Sequence record: SRR31156797_2353
Strand: one strand, 5' to 3'
DNA length: 34,886 nt
The position numbers and the translations under genes are program-made. The notes beneath the pieces were generated by a model, which searched no databases, was not told the origin of the DNA, and was given only the letters and a program-made list of their open reading frames with translations. Positions 16,049-25,479 of this stretch are shown here, in pieces (the stretch's first letter is position 1; the number at the start of each line of letters is the position of its first letter).

Positions 16049-16497
16049 ATGTTTCGTGTCAGGAATCGGTCAAGTTGGTTAGTGAATTCCTGTTTATCTT
16101 TAGGGCCGATTGGGGGCGGCCCACCTGCGACCATGCCTCCGCTTCGGAGTTCTTCCATCAGGTTGCGCATCCGCAATAGCCCTTTGATATTGTCTTCGGT
16201 GTAGAGTTCCCCACGAGGGTTGAGACCTGTTGCACCTTTGTCCACAATGGCGTTTGCCAAAGGAATGTCAGCTGTGATGACCAAATCTCCGGGGGAGACC
16301 TGCCGGGCAATTTCATTGTCGGCTTCGTCAAAGCCGGCGGGGACGACAATGGAATTGATGAGTGGTGAAGATGGTACGGAAAGAGATATGTTGGCCACCA
16401 GTGTCAGTTTGACCTGACGTCGTGTGGCGACTTTGAACAGAATGTCCTTGATGATATTGGGACAGGCGTCCGCATCCACCCATATGTGCATGGTCAT
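16030..16497 (-). CDS. YaiI/YqxD family protein (DUF188)
   Basis: IWVDADACP, D.AD..I, GDLVITADIPLA, PRGE.YT. Start at 16497 or 16491. Confidence 0.92.
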   Translation of the reverse strand: MTMHIWVDADACPNIIKDILFKVATRRQVKLTLVANISLSVPSSPLINSIVVPAGFDEADNEIARQVSPGDLVITADIPLANAIVDKGATGLNPRGELYTEDNIKGLLRMRNLMEELRSGGMVAGGPPPIGPKDKQEFTNQLDRFLTRNIKKSAL

Positions 16498-16510
16498 ACG
16501 ATGAATGACC

Positions 16511-16708
16511 TTATTCCGGGAGAATTTCTTTGACCCGCCCGACCTGACCGTCTTCAAGGCGAACCTTGATGCCGTGGGGATGGGTGGGAGACTTGGTCAA
16601 GAGTTTGGCAACAGTGCCTTGAGTGAGCCTGCCGGATCGCTGATCCTTTTTTAGGACGATATTTACTTTGAGGCCGGGTTTGATGTCTTTTCTATTTTGT
16701 CCGTCCAT
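16511..16708 (-). CDS. YwbE family protein
   Basis: MDGQNR.DIKPGL.V.IVLKKDQRSG.LT.G.V..LLT.S..HPHGIKVRL.DGQVGRV. Confidence 0.9.
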   Translation of the reverse strand: MDGQNRKDIKPGLKVNIVLKKDQRSGRLTQGTVAKLLTKSPTHPHGIKVRLEDGQVGRVKEILPE

Positions 16709-16782
16709 AATGGGTCCTGCAGGATGGAAGACGCACGCCAAGATCGAGTAGGTATGCTCGTCCCGCGATGGTCAACCTTGTT

Positions 16783-17295
16783 TTATTGCCAGCGGCCTTT
16801 TTTATGGCTGAATATCTGGCGATTTGGGATAATTGAGACTGCTTTGAATTCCGCTCTACGACATTCTTCAGGGGAGAGGGCTGTCGTTTCCATAACCAGT
16901 TCGCGATAACTGAGAACTGCTACGTACGGGATGGATTTTGAACTGGAACGACGCACTTTGCAGACTACTGTTGCATAGTCGATGGCGTGATAGAGAGCTT
17001 TGTAAGATCCGTCCGAGAGTTTGGTTATCTGCATACGACTTTTTGCCAGACGGTGGTTTCTGTCCATGGCCTTAACTCTGACTTTGGCAAAACGGGTGAA
17101 ATCCGCATGCTTTTTAGCCAAGTCATGATCAAGGTAAATCGGCAGATTTTTGCTGGATACGGCAGGTGTCGTCGCGCTTGGTGCGGCGATTGCTACCTCG
17201 GTGGTAGCTGTGGTGTCTTGAGCATTTGCGGCGGGCACAAAAAAAGCCCCGGTCAGAAATGCGGCCAAAAAGGCTGATAAAACAAATGTCTTCAT
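16783..17295 (-). CDS. Exported hypothetical protein
   Basis: Sec signal ending ANA-Q, Thr/Ala/Pro linker, two Cys; GAGG RBS; downstream of the OmpA gene. Confidence 0.75.
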   Translation of the reverse strand: MKTFVLSAFLAAFLTGAFFVPAANAQDTTATTEVAIAAPSATTPAVSSKNLPIYLDHDLAKKHADFTRFAKVRVKAMDRNHRLAKSRMQITKLSDGSYKALYHAIDYATVVCKVRRSSSKSIPYVAVLSYRELVMETTALSPEECRRAEFKAVSIIPNRQIFSHKKGRWQ

Positions 17296-17314
17296 GGTGT
17301 TGAATCCTCTAACC

Positions 17315-17364
17315 AGAGCTATAGACTGGGCGGCAGTGCCGCCCAGTCATTTCTATATAGCTCT
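17315..17364 (-). other. Extended stem-loop just after the OmpA stop codon
   Basis: Perfect GACTGGGCGGCA-G-TGCCGCCCAGTC (17324-17348), extended by AGAGCTATA/TATAGCTCT; no U-tract. Confidence 0.6.
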
Positions 17365-18415
17365 ACTTGGTTTGGATTTCAACCCTACGATTCAGCCTGC
17401 GGCCTTCCTTGGTGGTATTGTCATACTTCGGATTGGTTTCGCCATAGCCCTTGGCTTCCAGGCGGGAAGCGTCGATACCGTTGGCAGTCAACCATTCCAC
17501 GACGGAATTGGCGCGACGTTCAGACAAGCCCTGGTTGTATGCTTCTGCACCGGTGGAGTCAGTGTAGCCAGACACTTCGTACGTTGCGGCGGAGTCTTCT
17601 TCCAGAATCATCTTGGCCTGTTCGAGTACAGGAATCATCTCGTCGGTGATTGCGTACTTGTCAAAGCCGAAGTTCAGGTTGAAGGACACAACTTCCTTGG
17701 CCATGGGAGTCACGACGACAGGAGCAGGAGTCGGTTCGTCAGCGACGACATCGTAGAAGACCTGTTCTGCATACTGATCCATGGCGCCTGCATTCATCAG
17801 GGTCGCTGCATCAGTTGCTACGGAGCAAGGAAATGCATTGCGAATGCCGTTGATGGTGGCTTCACCTGCAGCGTTGTCGGCAAAGCTGACAACGTGGACA
17901 CACAGATTGTCGCCGTAAGTTTTGTACAGGTCCTGAGCAACCCCGACAGGGTCGGCGCCGATGTTGGAATCTCCATCTGTGAAGATAACCAAAGCGGTTT
18001 TACCGGGCATGCTGGCAACAACTGGGGCTACGTCTGCAAGGCCGGCACCCAGCGGAGTGCTGCGATTGAAAATTTCATAATCAGTCGCAATGCTTTCTGC
18101 CGCTGCATCGACAGAAGCTTTGTTGTATGCCTTGGGCGGGCATTTTGCTTCAAACGGAGCAAACATGAACACGGCAGAATTATAGTCAAGGTCAGGGATT
18201 GCTTTGTTCATTGCCTTGATAGTCTGTACGGCCAGATCAATTTTTTTCTCACCAAGACCTTCATGGGTCATAGCCATGGAACCTGACTGGTCAACAAAAA
18301 GAATAAAATTGTCGACTTGTTTGACCATTTTTGCGCTTGCGGTTGCGGCCATGGCAAAGGTGAACACCATGACAGCGGCAAGAGTCAGCATGAGCAGTTT
18401 TTTGGATTGATTCAT
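17363..18415 (-). CDS. OmpA-family peptidoglycan-binding protein with an N-terminal vWA domain
   Basis: Signal peptide, MIDAS DQSGSM...TDG, Pro-rich linker, F.FDK, GYTDSTG...YNQ.LS.RRA..V, GYGE..P, NRRVE; AAGGAG RBS. Confidence 0.92.
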   Translation of the reverse strand: MNQSKKLLMLTLAAVMVFTFAMAATASAKMVKQVDNFILFVDQSGSMAMTHEGLGEKKIDLAVQTIKAMNKAIPDLDYNSAVFMFAPFEAKCPPKAYNKASVDAAAESIATDYEIFNRSTPLGAGLADVAPVVASMPGKTALVIFTDGDSNIGADPVGVAQDLYKTYGDNLCVHVVSFADNAAGEATINGIRNAFPCSVATDAATLMNAGAMDQYAEQVFYDVVADEPTPAPVVVTPMAKEVVSFNLNFGFDKYAITDEMIPVLEQAKMILEEDSAATYEVSGYTDSTGAEAYNQGLSERRANSVVEWLTANGIDASRLEAKGYGETNPKYDNTTKEGRRLNRRVEIQTK

Positions 18416-18655
18416 GATTTCACTCCTTTAGAGATTATTTCCAATGAGTTTGAATTAGCTGGTACCACATATTTATGAAATATACGCAAGAGTTGCGCAT
18501 GGCGCAAGGGGGGGAGACGAAAAAATAATACAATAAACGGTATGTTTGTTGATGGAAATGTCCTGATTCTTCGGGTTGCGTCCCTGTCGCTAACACAGTA
18601 TGTATAGTTGTTTACACCGTAAAGGTGAGTCATTTTTCGTCAACGAGGAGAATCT

Positions 18656-19636
18656 ATGTATATAGTCACCGGCGGCGCAGGCTTCATTGGGAGCGCCATG
18701 GTTTGGAAGCTCAATCAGATGGGAATCGATGATATTCTGGTTGTCGACAACCTTTCCACGAGTGAGAAGTGGAGCAATCTAGTTGGATTGCGCTATCAGG
18801 ACTATTTGCATCGTGATCAGTTCCTCAAGTTCATTCTCGAAGGCGACGACCAGTTTGAGACCGATGCTGTTATCCATATGGGGGCGTGCTCTTCCACGAC
18901 GGAATTGGATGCTGATTTCCTTATGGAAAATAATTATCGCTATACACAATATGTGTGCCGTTTTTGCCTTGCTCATGGAGCTCGGTTCATTAATGCCTCC
19001 AGTGCGTCTACCTACGGGAATGGCGAGTATGGCTTCAATGACAATCATGATGGCATAGACAGACTCAGACCGCTGAATATGTATGGCTATTCAAAACAGT
19101 TGTTTGACATTTGGGCCAAAGATTCCGGGATTCTTGATCAGATTGTCAGTTTGAAGTTTTTCAATGTGTTTGGTCCCAACGAGTATCACAAGGACGACAT
19201 GAAATCTGTCATCTGCAAGGCGCACAAACAGATTTTGGAAACGGGCCAACTCAAATTATTCAAATCCTATCGAGATGAATATCCCCACGGCGGTCAGAAG
19301 CGCGACTTCGTATATATCAAGGACTGCGTTGATATCATGGCTTGGTTTTTGGAGCACAAGGACACGGGCGGCATTTTTAATATCGGTACAGGAACTGCAA
19401 GAACCTGGAATGATCTGGCTAATGCTGTTTTTGCCGCGCTCGATAAAGAACCGAATATTGAATATATCCCTATGCCTGAGTCTATTCGCGATAAATATCA
19501 GTATTTTACCCAGGCAGATATGAGCAAGCTCTCGGCGGTCGGGTGCGACGTAAAAATGACGAGTCTCGAAGATGGAGCAAAGGATTACGTGCAAAATTAT
19601 CTGAATCAAGACAACCCGCACCTGACATCCAGGTAG
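18656..19636 (+). CDS. hldD: ADP-L-glycero-D-manno-heptose-6-epimerase
   Basis: IVTGGAGFIGS, VDNL, HMGACSSTT, PLN.YGYSK, FFNVFGPNEYHK..M.S, RDF.Y, YQYFTQAD. Confidence 0.95.
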   Translation: MYIVTGGAGFIGSAMVWKLNQMGIDDILVVDNLSTSEKWSNLVGLRYQDYLHRDQFLKFILEGDDQFETDAVIHMGACSSTTELDADFLMENNYRYTQYVCRFCLAHGARFINASSASTYGNGEYGFNDNHDGIDRLRPLNMYGYSKQLFDIWAKDSGILDQIVSLKFFNVFGPNEYHKDDMKSVICKAHKQILETGQLKLFKSYRDEYPHGGQKRDFVYIKDCVDIMAWFLEHKDTGGIFNIGTGTARTWNDLANAVFAALDKEPNIEYIPMPESIRDKYQYFTQADMSKLSAVGCDVKMTSLEDGAKDYVQNYLNQDNPHLTSR

Positions 19637-19648
19637 GAAGAGATTTTC

Positions 19649-22039
19649 TTGAAACGAAAGTTGACGCGCATAGTTCTGGTAGCAGGGGCGATCCTCGTTC
19701 TCTCGTTGTGCCTGCCATGGACACTCATCGGTAAGACCCCTGAGCCGAACCGGGTGCGTCGTTATGTGCCCGAGGCCCCTGTCGAGCAGCCAGACCAAAC
19801 CGAATGGACCTTTTCCGCAGATCGGGTGGTAGGTGACCATACCAGTGAATATATGGAGGCCTTCGGCAATTGTTCGCTGAGTCTTGGCGAGGATCAGTTG
19901 CGTGCTGACTTTATTCGGTATTATCAGTCTACTGGTTGGGTTTTTCTTAAGGGGAACATCCGTGCGCAGTGGGGTGGTGACTTTCTTCAGGCGGAAGAAG
20001 GAGAATTCGATTTAAACAACATGACTGGCTGGCTCAAGAAGGGCAAGTTGTTCATGGCTAAGCCGCATATCTACGTTGAAGCTGATCGGGTCGCCAAGAA
20101 TAAGGGCGATAGCTACTCTTTCAAGAACGCCAAAGTTACGTCCTGCTCCGGGGAAAAGCCTGCATGGTCAGTGAGTTCTGAGGAGGGCGACGTAACGTTA
20201 GACGGGCGCGTTCACCTTTATCGCTCAGCCTTCCGTATCAAAAATGTCCCGGTTTTTTATTGGCCGTATATGGCTTTGCCTGGAAGAACCAAGCGGCAGA
20301 GCGGTTTTCTTATCCCCCATATAGCGAGCAGCAAGAAGCTTGGTATGCAGGTCAACCTGCCATATTATTGGGTTATCAATGATGAAATGGACGCCACCTT
20401 TTATCAAAATTATATGAGCAAACGTGGCTATATGCAGGGTGTTCAGTTTCGACATGCAGAAGATGCTGACACTAAGGGCTTGTGGCAGGTGGATGTCATG
20501 CGGGATAACCGTCGTGCTTCTACTGAGGCTGACGAATGGGATGATTATCAGGGGGATGGTCTGACCCGGGATAATCAGGACCGTTGGTGGGTTCGCAGTA
20601 AATATGACGGTTGGCTTGGTAGCCCTAAATGGAAGGTCAAGCTGGATCTTGATTTGGTATCCGATCAGAACTACCTTCGTGATTTTCAGGATGGTCCAAC
20701 CGGTTTTGATACTGCACGTGATGAATTTATTGATGTCTTTGGTCGTGATATTGAGAATAAAGATTCTCTGGATCGTTTCAGTACCGCCTATATCAGTCGG
20801 AGTTGGGATCGATTCGGCGTGGTCGGATTGGCCCAATATGACCAAAATCTGCGATTCATGAATGGTAATAATTCATCTGACAAGAACGATACGGTTCAGA
20901 AAATGCCGGAACTTGATGGTTTCGCCTTTCAGCAGTCGCTGTTTGGAACGCCGCTTGAGGCTTCCATGGGGACGAAGTATAATTATTTCTACAGGGAATA
21001 TGGAAACTCCGGTCATCGTTTCCGTGTGACTCCTGAAGTAAAAATGCCCATCAAGACCAGTTTACTGACATTGATCCCTTCGGTGTCTGCCGACTACACC
21101 GCCTACAGCCTGACCTCGCATGAAAAGACCGGTGAGCTTACTGTGGATGGGCCGGGTGGTCGGGATCAGGTCATTGACACCGATAAAATTAAAGATGGTT
21201 TCCAAAGTCGGACCCTATGGTCTGCCGGTTTCACCGCGTTTTCAGAGATGACCAAGACATTTAATATCAACGAGCCAGCCAGGCCGGAACCAAGTTTGGC
21301 AGGCACATCTCGTTGGACTCGCCTCAAGCATTCCATTGTTCCTCGTGTTCAATATGGCTACACCCCGACTGTTACCGGCCAGTCCAAGTTGCCGTATTTC
21401 GATGCTTATGACCGTATCGACGGGGAAAACAAGGTAACCTATTCGTTGACCAACACCCTCGACAGAAGGCGTGACAGTGTCATGCTGTCACCCGGTAAAG
21501 ACGGCGAGCCTGTGGCAAAGACATCCATCGATTATTTGGATTTTCTGCTTTTCCGCGTGGAGCAGTCCTATGATTTGAAAGAGGGAAGTCGTAACGATCA
21601 GAAATCAAAATATGAGCGCCGTCCGTTCTCTGACGTTATGGCTGAACTACGAATTAAACCCGATACTTTCATTGAGATCCTGACACGTAACTGGTTCTCC
21701 CCGTATATGAGTGATATGACTCAGAGTGAAACATCGTTGAAATTGCTCGATGATGATTTGGGTGAAATCGTTGTTGGATATGATTTCCAAGCTGAGGTTG
21801 ACGAATATCTCCGAGAACGTACGGATGAAATGTCCATCCTGAGACTTGAGGCCAAGTGGCAGGCATCTGAAGATTTTGCAATCAGCGGCAAATACCGACA
21901 TGATTTCGTTTCGAGTCGCGACATAGAGCGGACCCTCCAACTCGATTGGGCGGCCGAGTGTTATTCCCTGTATTTTGCTTTTACTCAGAAACCCAACGAC
22001 AACCAATTTAAACTGGGTTTCGAACTTTTGACTTTTTAA
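19649..22039 (+). CDS. lptD: LPS-assembly outer-membrane protein LptD
   Basis: Signal peptide, beta-jellyroll (L.AD, T.C....P.W, VPVFY.PY, RQSGFL.P, PYYW.I...DAT), long beta-barrel with late Cys and terminal Phe; TTG start. Confidence 0.87.
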   Translation: MKRKLTRIVLVAGAILVLSLCLPWTLIGKTPEPNRVRRYVPEAPVEQPDQTEWTFSADRVVGDHTSEYMEAFGNCSLSLGEDQLRADFIRYYQSTGWVFLKGNIRAQWGGDFLQAEEGEFDLNNMTGWLKKGKLFMAKPHIYVEADRVAKNKGDSYSFKNAKVTSCSGEKPAWSVSSEEGDVTLDGRVHLYRSAFRIKNVPVFYWPYMALPGRTKRQSGFLIPHIASSKKLGMQVNLPYYWVINDEMDATFYQNYMSKRGYMQGVQFRHAEDADTKGLWQVDVMRDNRRASTEADEWDDYQGDGLTRDNQDRWWVRSKYDGWLGSPKWKVKLDLDLVSDQNYLRDFQDGPTGFDTARDEFIDVFGRDIENKDSLDRFSTAYISRSWDRFGVVGLAQYDQNLRFMNGNNSSDKNDTVQKMPELDGFAFQQSLFGTPLEASMGTKYNYFYREYGNSGHRFRVTPEVKMPIKTSLLTLIPSVSADYTAYSLTSHEKTGELTVDGPGGRDQVIDTDKIKDGFQSRTLWSAGFTAFSEMTKTFNINEPARPEPSLAGTSRWTRLKHSIVPRVQYGYTPTVTGQSKLPYFDAYDRIDGENKVTYSLTNTLDRRRDSVMLSPGKDGEPVAKTSIDYLDFLLFRVEQSYDLKEGSRNDQKSKYERRPFSDVMAELRIKPDTFIEILTRNWFSPYMSDMTQSETSLKLLDDDLGEIVVGYDFQAEVDEYLRERTDEMSILRLEAKWQASEDFAISGKYRHDFVSSRDIERTLQLDWAAECYSLYFAFTQKPNDNQFKLGFELLTF

Positions 22040-22040
22040 C

Positions 22041-23873
22041 ATGACACATATGCCCAAAATAAAAATCTTGCCTCCGGGGTTGAAGAATCAGATTGCCGCC
22101 GGTGAAGTGGTGGAACGGCCTGCGAGTGTTGTGAAGGAGCTCGTGGAAAACAGCCTTGATGCCGGGGCTACACGTGTTGACGTGACGCTGGAAAAAGGCG
22201 GACGTGCGCTTATGGTTGTGCAGGACAATGGTTCGGGTATTGATGGAGATCAACTTAAATTAGCTGTTACTCGGCATGCCACCAGCAAGATTCGTGAGTT
22301 CGGAGATTTGTCCGCTATTGGTTCTTTCGGTTTTCGTGGCGAAGCGTTGCCCAGTATCGCTTCCGTGTCGCGGTTTGTAATGACTTCCTGCGCTCAGGGG
22401 GCTGACGAGGCCGCATATATTGAGGTCAGGTCTGGTGAAGTTGTTGGTGAAGGGCCAGCGGCACTGGCTTCCGGTACTCGTGTCGAAGTGCGGGACCTGT
22501 TTGCCAACACTCCGGCACGGCTCAAATTTCTCAAGACCGAAGCTACGGAAAATCGTCGTTGTCAGGATACACTCATGCGAACGAGTCTGGCTCATTTGTC
22601 CACTGGATTTTCTCTGACCATGGGGGGACGGGAGGCTTTTCGCCTGCCTGCGGATCAAGACCTGACAACCCGACTGAGTGCTTTCTGGCCGCCGAATATT
22701 TGTGAAGGGTTGACGCCGTTTGATTTTGAGCGAAATGGGTACCGTGCTCATGGTGTAGCTGGTGCGCCTGCCACCGCACAAGGACGGGGCAATCGTATTC
22801 TGCTGTATGTCAATGGTCGTCAGGTACAGGACAAGCTCATGCTTTCCGCTGTCCGACAGGCTTACAAGGGCATGCTTCTGTCTCGTGAATATCCGCAGAT
22901 CGTCTTGTTTCTTGAATTGCCTCGTGATGAAGTGGATGTGAATGTGCATCCGGCCAAGCTGGAAGTCCGGTTCGTTGAGGAAAGTCAGGTTTTTTCAACT
23001 ATTCGGGGCGGTATTATGCAGGCCTTAACCAGTCCCGGTATGGAAACGATGTCTTTTCCTGAACAAGAACTCACCCGGCCCATGCCATCGAGTGGCATCT
23101 CGGCCGCCACCGGTTCCATGTTTGCGTCAACACCGAGCAAGCGAAATCACCAGCCCTCGTCCATGGGGGGGGGTCCTAAATTTTCCACGTATCGCGATTT
23201 TCAGTCGGACACTGTGCATTCTAAAAATCTTGATTTACCGATGCCGCCATCGGCCTCCATGGTTCGGGAACCTGCTGCGCCACAAATGCCCGGGCGACCA
23301 AACGCTGTTCAGGAAGCGCCGTTGGCCGGAAGTGGTTTTACCTATCTCGGTCAGATTGCTGATACGTATCTTGTTCTTCGTCAAGGTGACTCCATGGTGC
23401 TTGTGGATCAACATGCGGCCCATGAGCGGGTGTTGCTTGCAGCCATGCGTGACCAGCGAACAAAGGGTGATTCTCAGCCGTTAGCACTGCCTTTGGAAAT
23501 TCCGTTACATGCCAGTCAGGTCGAGGTCTTTCAGGATGTGCGTAAGGAATTGCGTTCCATGGGCTTTGTCCTTGAACTGGACGGGCCAACCAAGGTTTTG
23601 GTTCGCGGTATCCCGCCCACTTTGGATACAGGCAAGGCCAAGGAATATTTGACAGATGCGTTGGCTGAGAAAGCACGTGGTTTGGACGATCTTTGGACCA
23701 TGATGGCCTGCAAGACCGCTATCAAGGCCAACCAACCTTTGGCTGTTGATGAAGCGTTGGCCTTGCTTGAAGTCTGGTTGGTAACACCGGAGCGAGACTA
23801 TTGCCCTCACGGAAGGCCCACTGTTTTGCGTTGGTCGGCATTTGATCTGGAAAAATTGTTTAAGAGAAAGTGA
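22041..23873 (+). CDS. mutL: DNA mismatch repair endonuclease MutL
   Basis: NQIAAGEVVERPASVVKELVENSLDAGA, GFRGEAL, VDVNVHP.K.EV, endonuclease motifs DQHAAHER, ACK, CPHGRP. Alternative start at 22050. Confidence 0.97.
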   Translation: MTHMPKIKILPPGLKNQIAAGEVVERPASVVKELVENSLDAGATRVDVTLEKGGRALMVVQDNGSGIDGDQLKLAVTRHATSKIREFGDLSAIGSFGFRGEALPSIASVSRFVMTSCAQGADEAAYIEVRSGEVVGEGPAALASGTRVEVRDLFANTPARLKFLKTEATENRRCQDTLMRTSLAHLSTGFSLTMGGREAFRLPADQDLTTRLSAFWPPNICEGLTPFDFERNGYRAHGVAGAPATAQGRGNRILLYVNGRQVQDKLMLSAVRQAYKGMLLSREYPQIVLFLELPRDEVDVNVHPAKLEVRFVEESQVFSTIRGGIMQALTSPGMETMSFPEQELTRPMPSSGISAATGSMFASTPSKRNHQPSSMGGGPKFSTYRDFQSDTVHSKNLDLPMPPSASMVREPAAPQMPGRPNAVQEAPLAGSGFTYLGQIADTYLVLRQGDSMVLVDQHAAHERVLLAAMRDQRTKGDSQPLALPLEIPLHASQVEVFQDVRKELRSMGFVLELDGPTKVLVRGIPPTLDTGKAKEYLTDALAEKARGLDDLWTMMACKTAIKANQPLAVDEALALLEVWLVTPERDYCPHGRPTVLRWSAFDLEKLFKRK

Positions 23874-25000
23874 TGTCCATAGAATACAACAAGCTGCGTG
23901 TCACGGTCCATACTGATCGTTTGCGTGAGAACTACCGTCTTTTCAAAAGGCATCACGACAACGTGATTCCAGTCATCAAATCTGATGCATATGGTCATGG
24001 ATTGGCTGAAGTCAGTCGAGCTTTGGAAGATGAGGGTGCAGAGACCTTTGCTGTCGGCTTTGTCAGTGAGGCTGTTTTATTGCGTCAGTCCGGGTGTACC
24101 AAACGGATTTTTGCCCTGCTTGGACCATTGGGCGATGATGATATTCAGGCTCTTTGGGATCACGATATCCTGACTGCAATTTCGCATTTTGACCAACTCG
24201 CTCGAGTGATTGAGGCTGCGAAAAAGAATGGCCCACTGAATATTTGTCTCAAGTTTGATACAGGCATGCGCCGGCTTGGATTTTTGCCCGAAGAAGTGGA
24301 TAAGGTGACTGACATTCTCAAAGAGAGTGTCGTGACACCGGTTATGGCGACTTCTCATCTGGCTTCGGCAGATGAACCGGAATGTGGCGAGCGTGTCGCT
24401 CTACAGGCCTCCAGATTTCAGCGAGCTTTGGACGGTTTGGCCGGAGCGGGTTTTGAAGTTGAGGCCAATCTGGCGAATTCAGCAGGGGGGATGGTTCATG
24501 AGCAGTGCCGAATGGATTCCCTGCGTTTGGGGATTTCCCTGTATGGAGGTAATCCTTTTCAAGACACCGAGTGGGAATCACGGGGACAGGGATATAGCTC
24601 TGCCATGAATGTTTCCGCGCCGGTCTTGCAGGTGCATCCTTTGAAAAAAGGTGAGTCAATCAGTTACGGTTGGACTTATACCGCTGAGCGAGATTCGGTG
24701 GTGGCGATAATTGGGGTCGGATATGCCGATAACTACAGTCGTTCTTTGTCCAACACCGGATATATGACCATTCATGGCAAGCGTGTGCCTATTCGTGGAC
24801 GTATCTGTATGCAGATGACGGCAGTTGACGTAACTGATCTTATGGGTGAAGGAAGGGGCGTTGTTCCAGGAGATGAGGCTTTCCTTATGGGAGGGCCGGG
24901 GGATTCCCCTATTACTCCCGAGGAATTGGCCGGATGGTGGAAGACCATTACCTATGAAGTTTTTTGCCTGCTGGGAATGAACCGGCGGGAATATATTTAA
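23873..25000 (+). CDS. alr: Alanine racemase
   Basis: PLP-lysine motif VIKSDAYGHG, K.DTGM.RLG, SH.A.AD, ISYG, GYAD, GRICM, TITYE; start overlaps the mutL stop. Confidence 0.95.
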   Translation: MSIEYNKLRVTVHTDRLRENYRLFKRHHDNVIPVIKSDAYGHGLAEVSRALEDEGAETFAVGFVSEAVLLRQSGCTKRIFALLGPLGDDDIQALWDHDILTAISHFDQLARVIEAAKKNGPLNICLKFDTGMRRLGFLPEEVDKVTDILKESVVTPVMATSHLASADEPECGERVALQASRFQRALDGLAGAGFEVEANLANSAGGMVHEQCRMDSLRLGISLYGGNPFQDTEWESRGQGYSSAMNVSAPVLQVHPLKKGESISYGWTYTAERDSVVAIIGVGYADNYSRSLSNTGYMTIHGKRVPIRGRICMQMTAVDVTDLMGEGRGVVPGDEAFLMGGPGDSPITPEELAGWWKTITYEVFCLLGMNRREYI

Positions 25001-25013
25001 TAAGGAGAACACT

Positions 25014-25235
25014 ATGCCTGCAGTGCAAGATGACGAATGGGTTGTTGCCGAGAGCTATCCCATTAAGGAAATGGAAGCGAATGGCGTGACGCCCAAGTGG
25101 CTGGAAGGCAAGTGGCTGAACGTGGCCGAAGATATGGCCTTGATTCCAGAGAACAATGTGCGTGTCATTGAAGATAATGGCGTCTGTCGCGTTGAAGTGT
25201 CCATGTATCTCATGGAATGCATGCGCGGTTTCTAA
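25014..25235 (+). CDS. Small acidic hypothetical protein (73 aa)
   Basis: Strong TAAGGAG RBS, 13 nt after alr, followed by a terminator. Confidence 0.75.
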   Translation: MPAVQDDEWVVAESYPIKEMEANGVTPKWLEGKWLNVAEDMALIPENNVRVIEDNGVCRVEVSMYLMECMRGF

Positions 25236-25258
25236 CCGACTGATTTTATCAGAATAAT

Positions 25259-25292
25259 GAGGTGTCCTTCCCTTTGGGGCACCTCTTTTTTT
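25259..25292 (+). terminator. Rho-independent terminator of the hldD-lptD-mutL-alr unit
   Basis: GAGGTGTCC...GGGCACCTC followed by T7. Confidence 0.8.
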
Positions 25293-25342
25293 GTGTCTGA
25301 AAACCCTGAGTATTCTAACAGGGTTGTGCCTTTGCGGTCATT

Positions 25343-25371
25343 TTGTCACACAACCGTAACAATCCGTAACA
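25343..25371 (+). promoter_or_regulatory. PHO-box-like direct repeats upstream of the phoR-like gene
   Basis: GTCACA (25345), GTAACA (25356), GTAACA (25366) at 11/10-bp spacing, resembling the PhoB CTGTCAT-N4-CTGTCAC repeat; TACATT -10-like hexamer at 25373. Confidence 0.65.
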
Positions 25372-25479
25372 TTACATTTCGGGAACGATTGTGTTACACA
25401 GCGCACGCGCTCGGCAAAGGGGATATTCATATCCTTTTGACCAACTGCAACCGCTGCGGCGCTTAACGAGGTAAGGGAA

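Noticed and set aside
17294..18286. 330-aa plus-strand ORF
   Set aside because: Lies wholly antisense to the well-supported vWA-OmpA gene; no family features.
23373..23873. MutL C-terminal endonuclease motifs as a novelty
   Set aside because: DQHA..ER, ACK and CPHGRP are standard in MutH-less bacteria.
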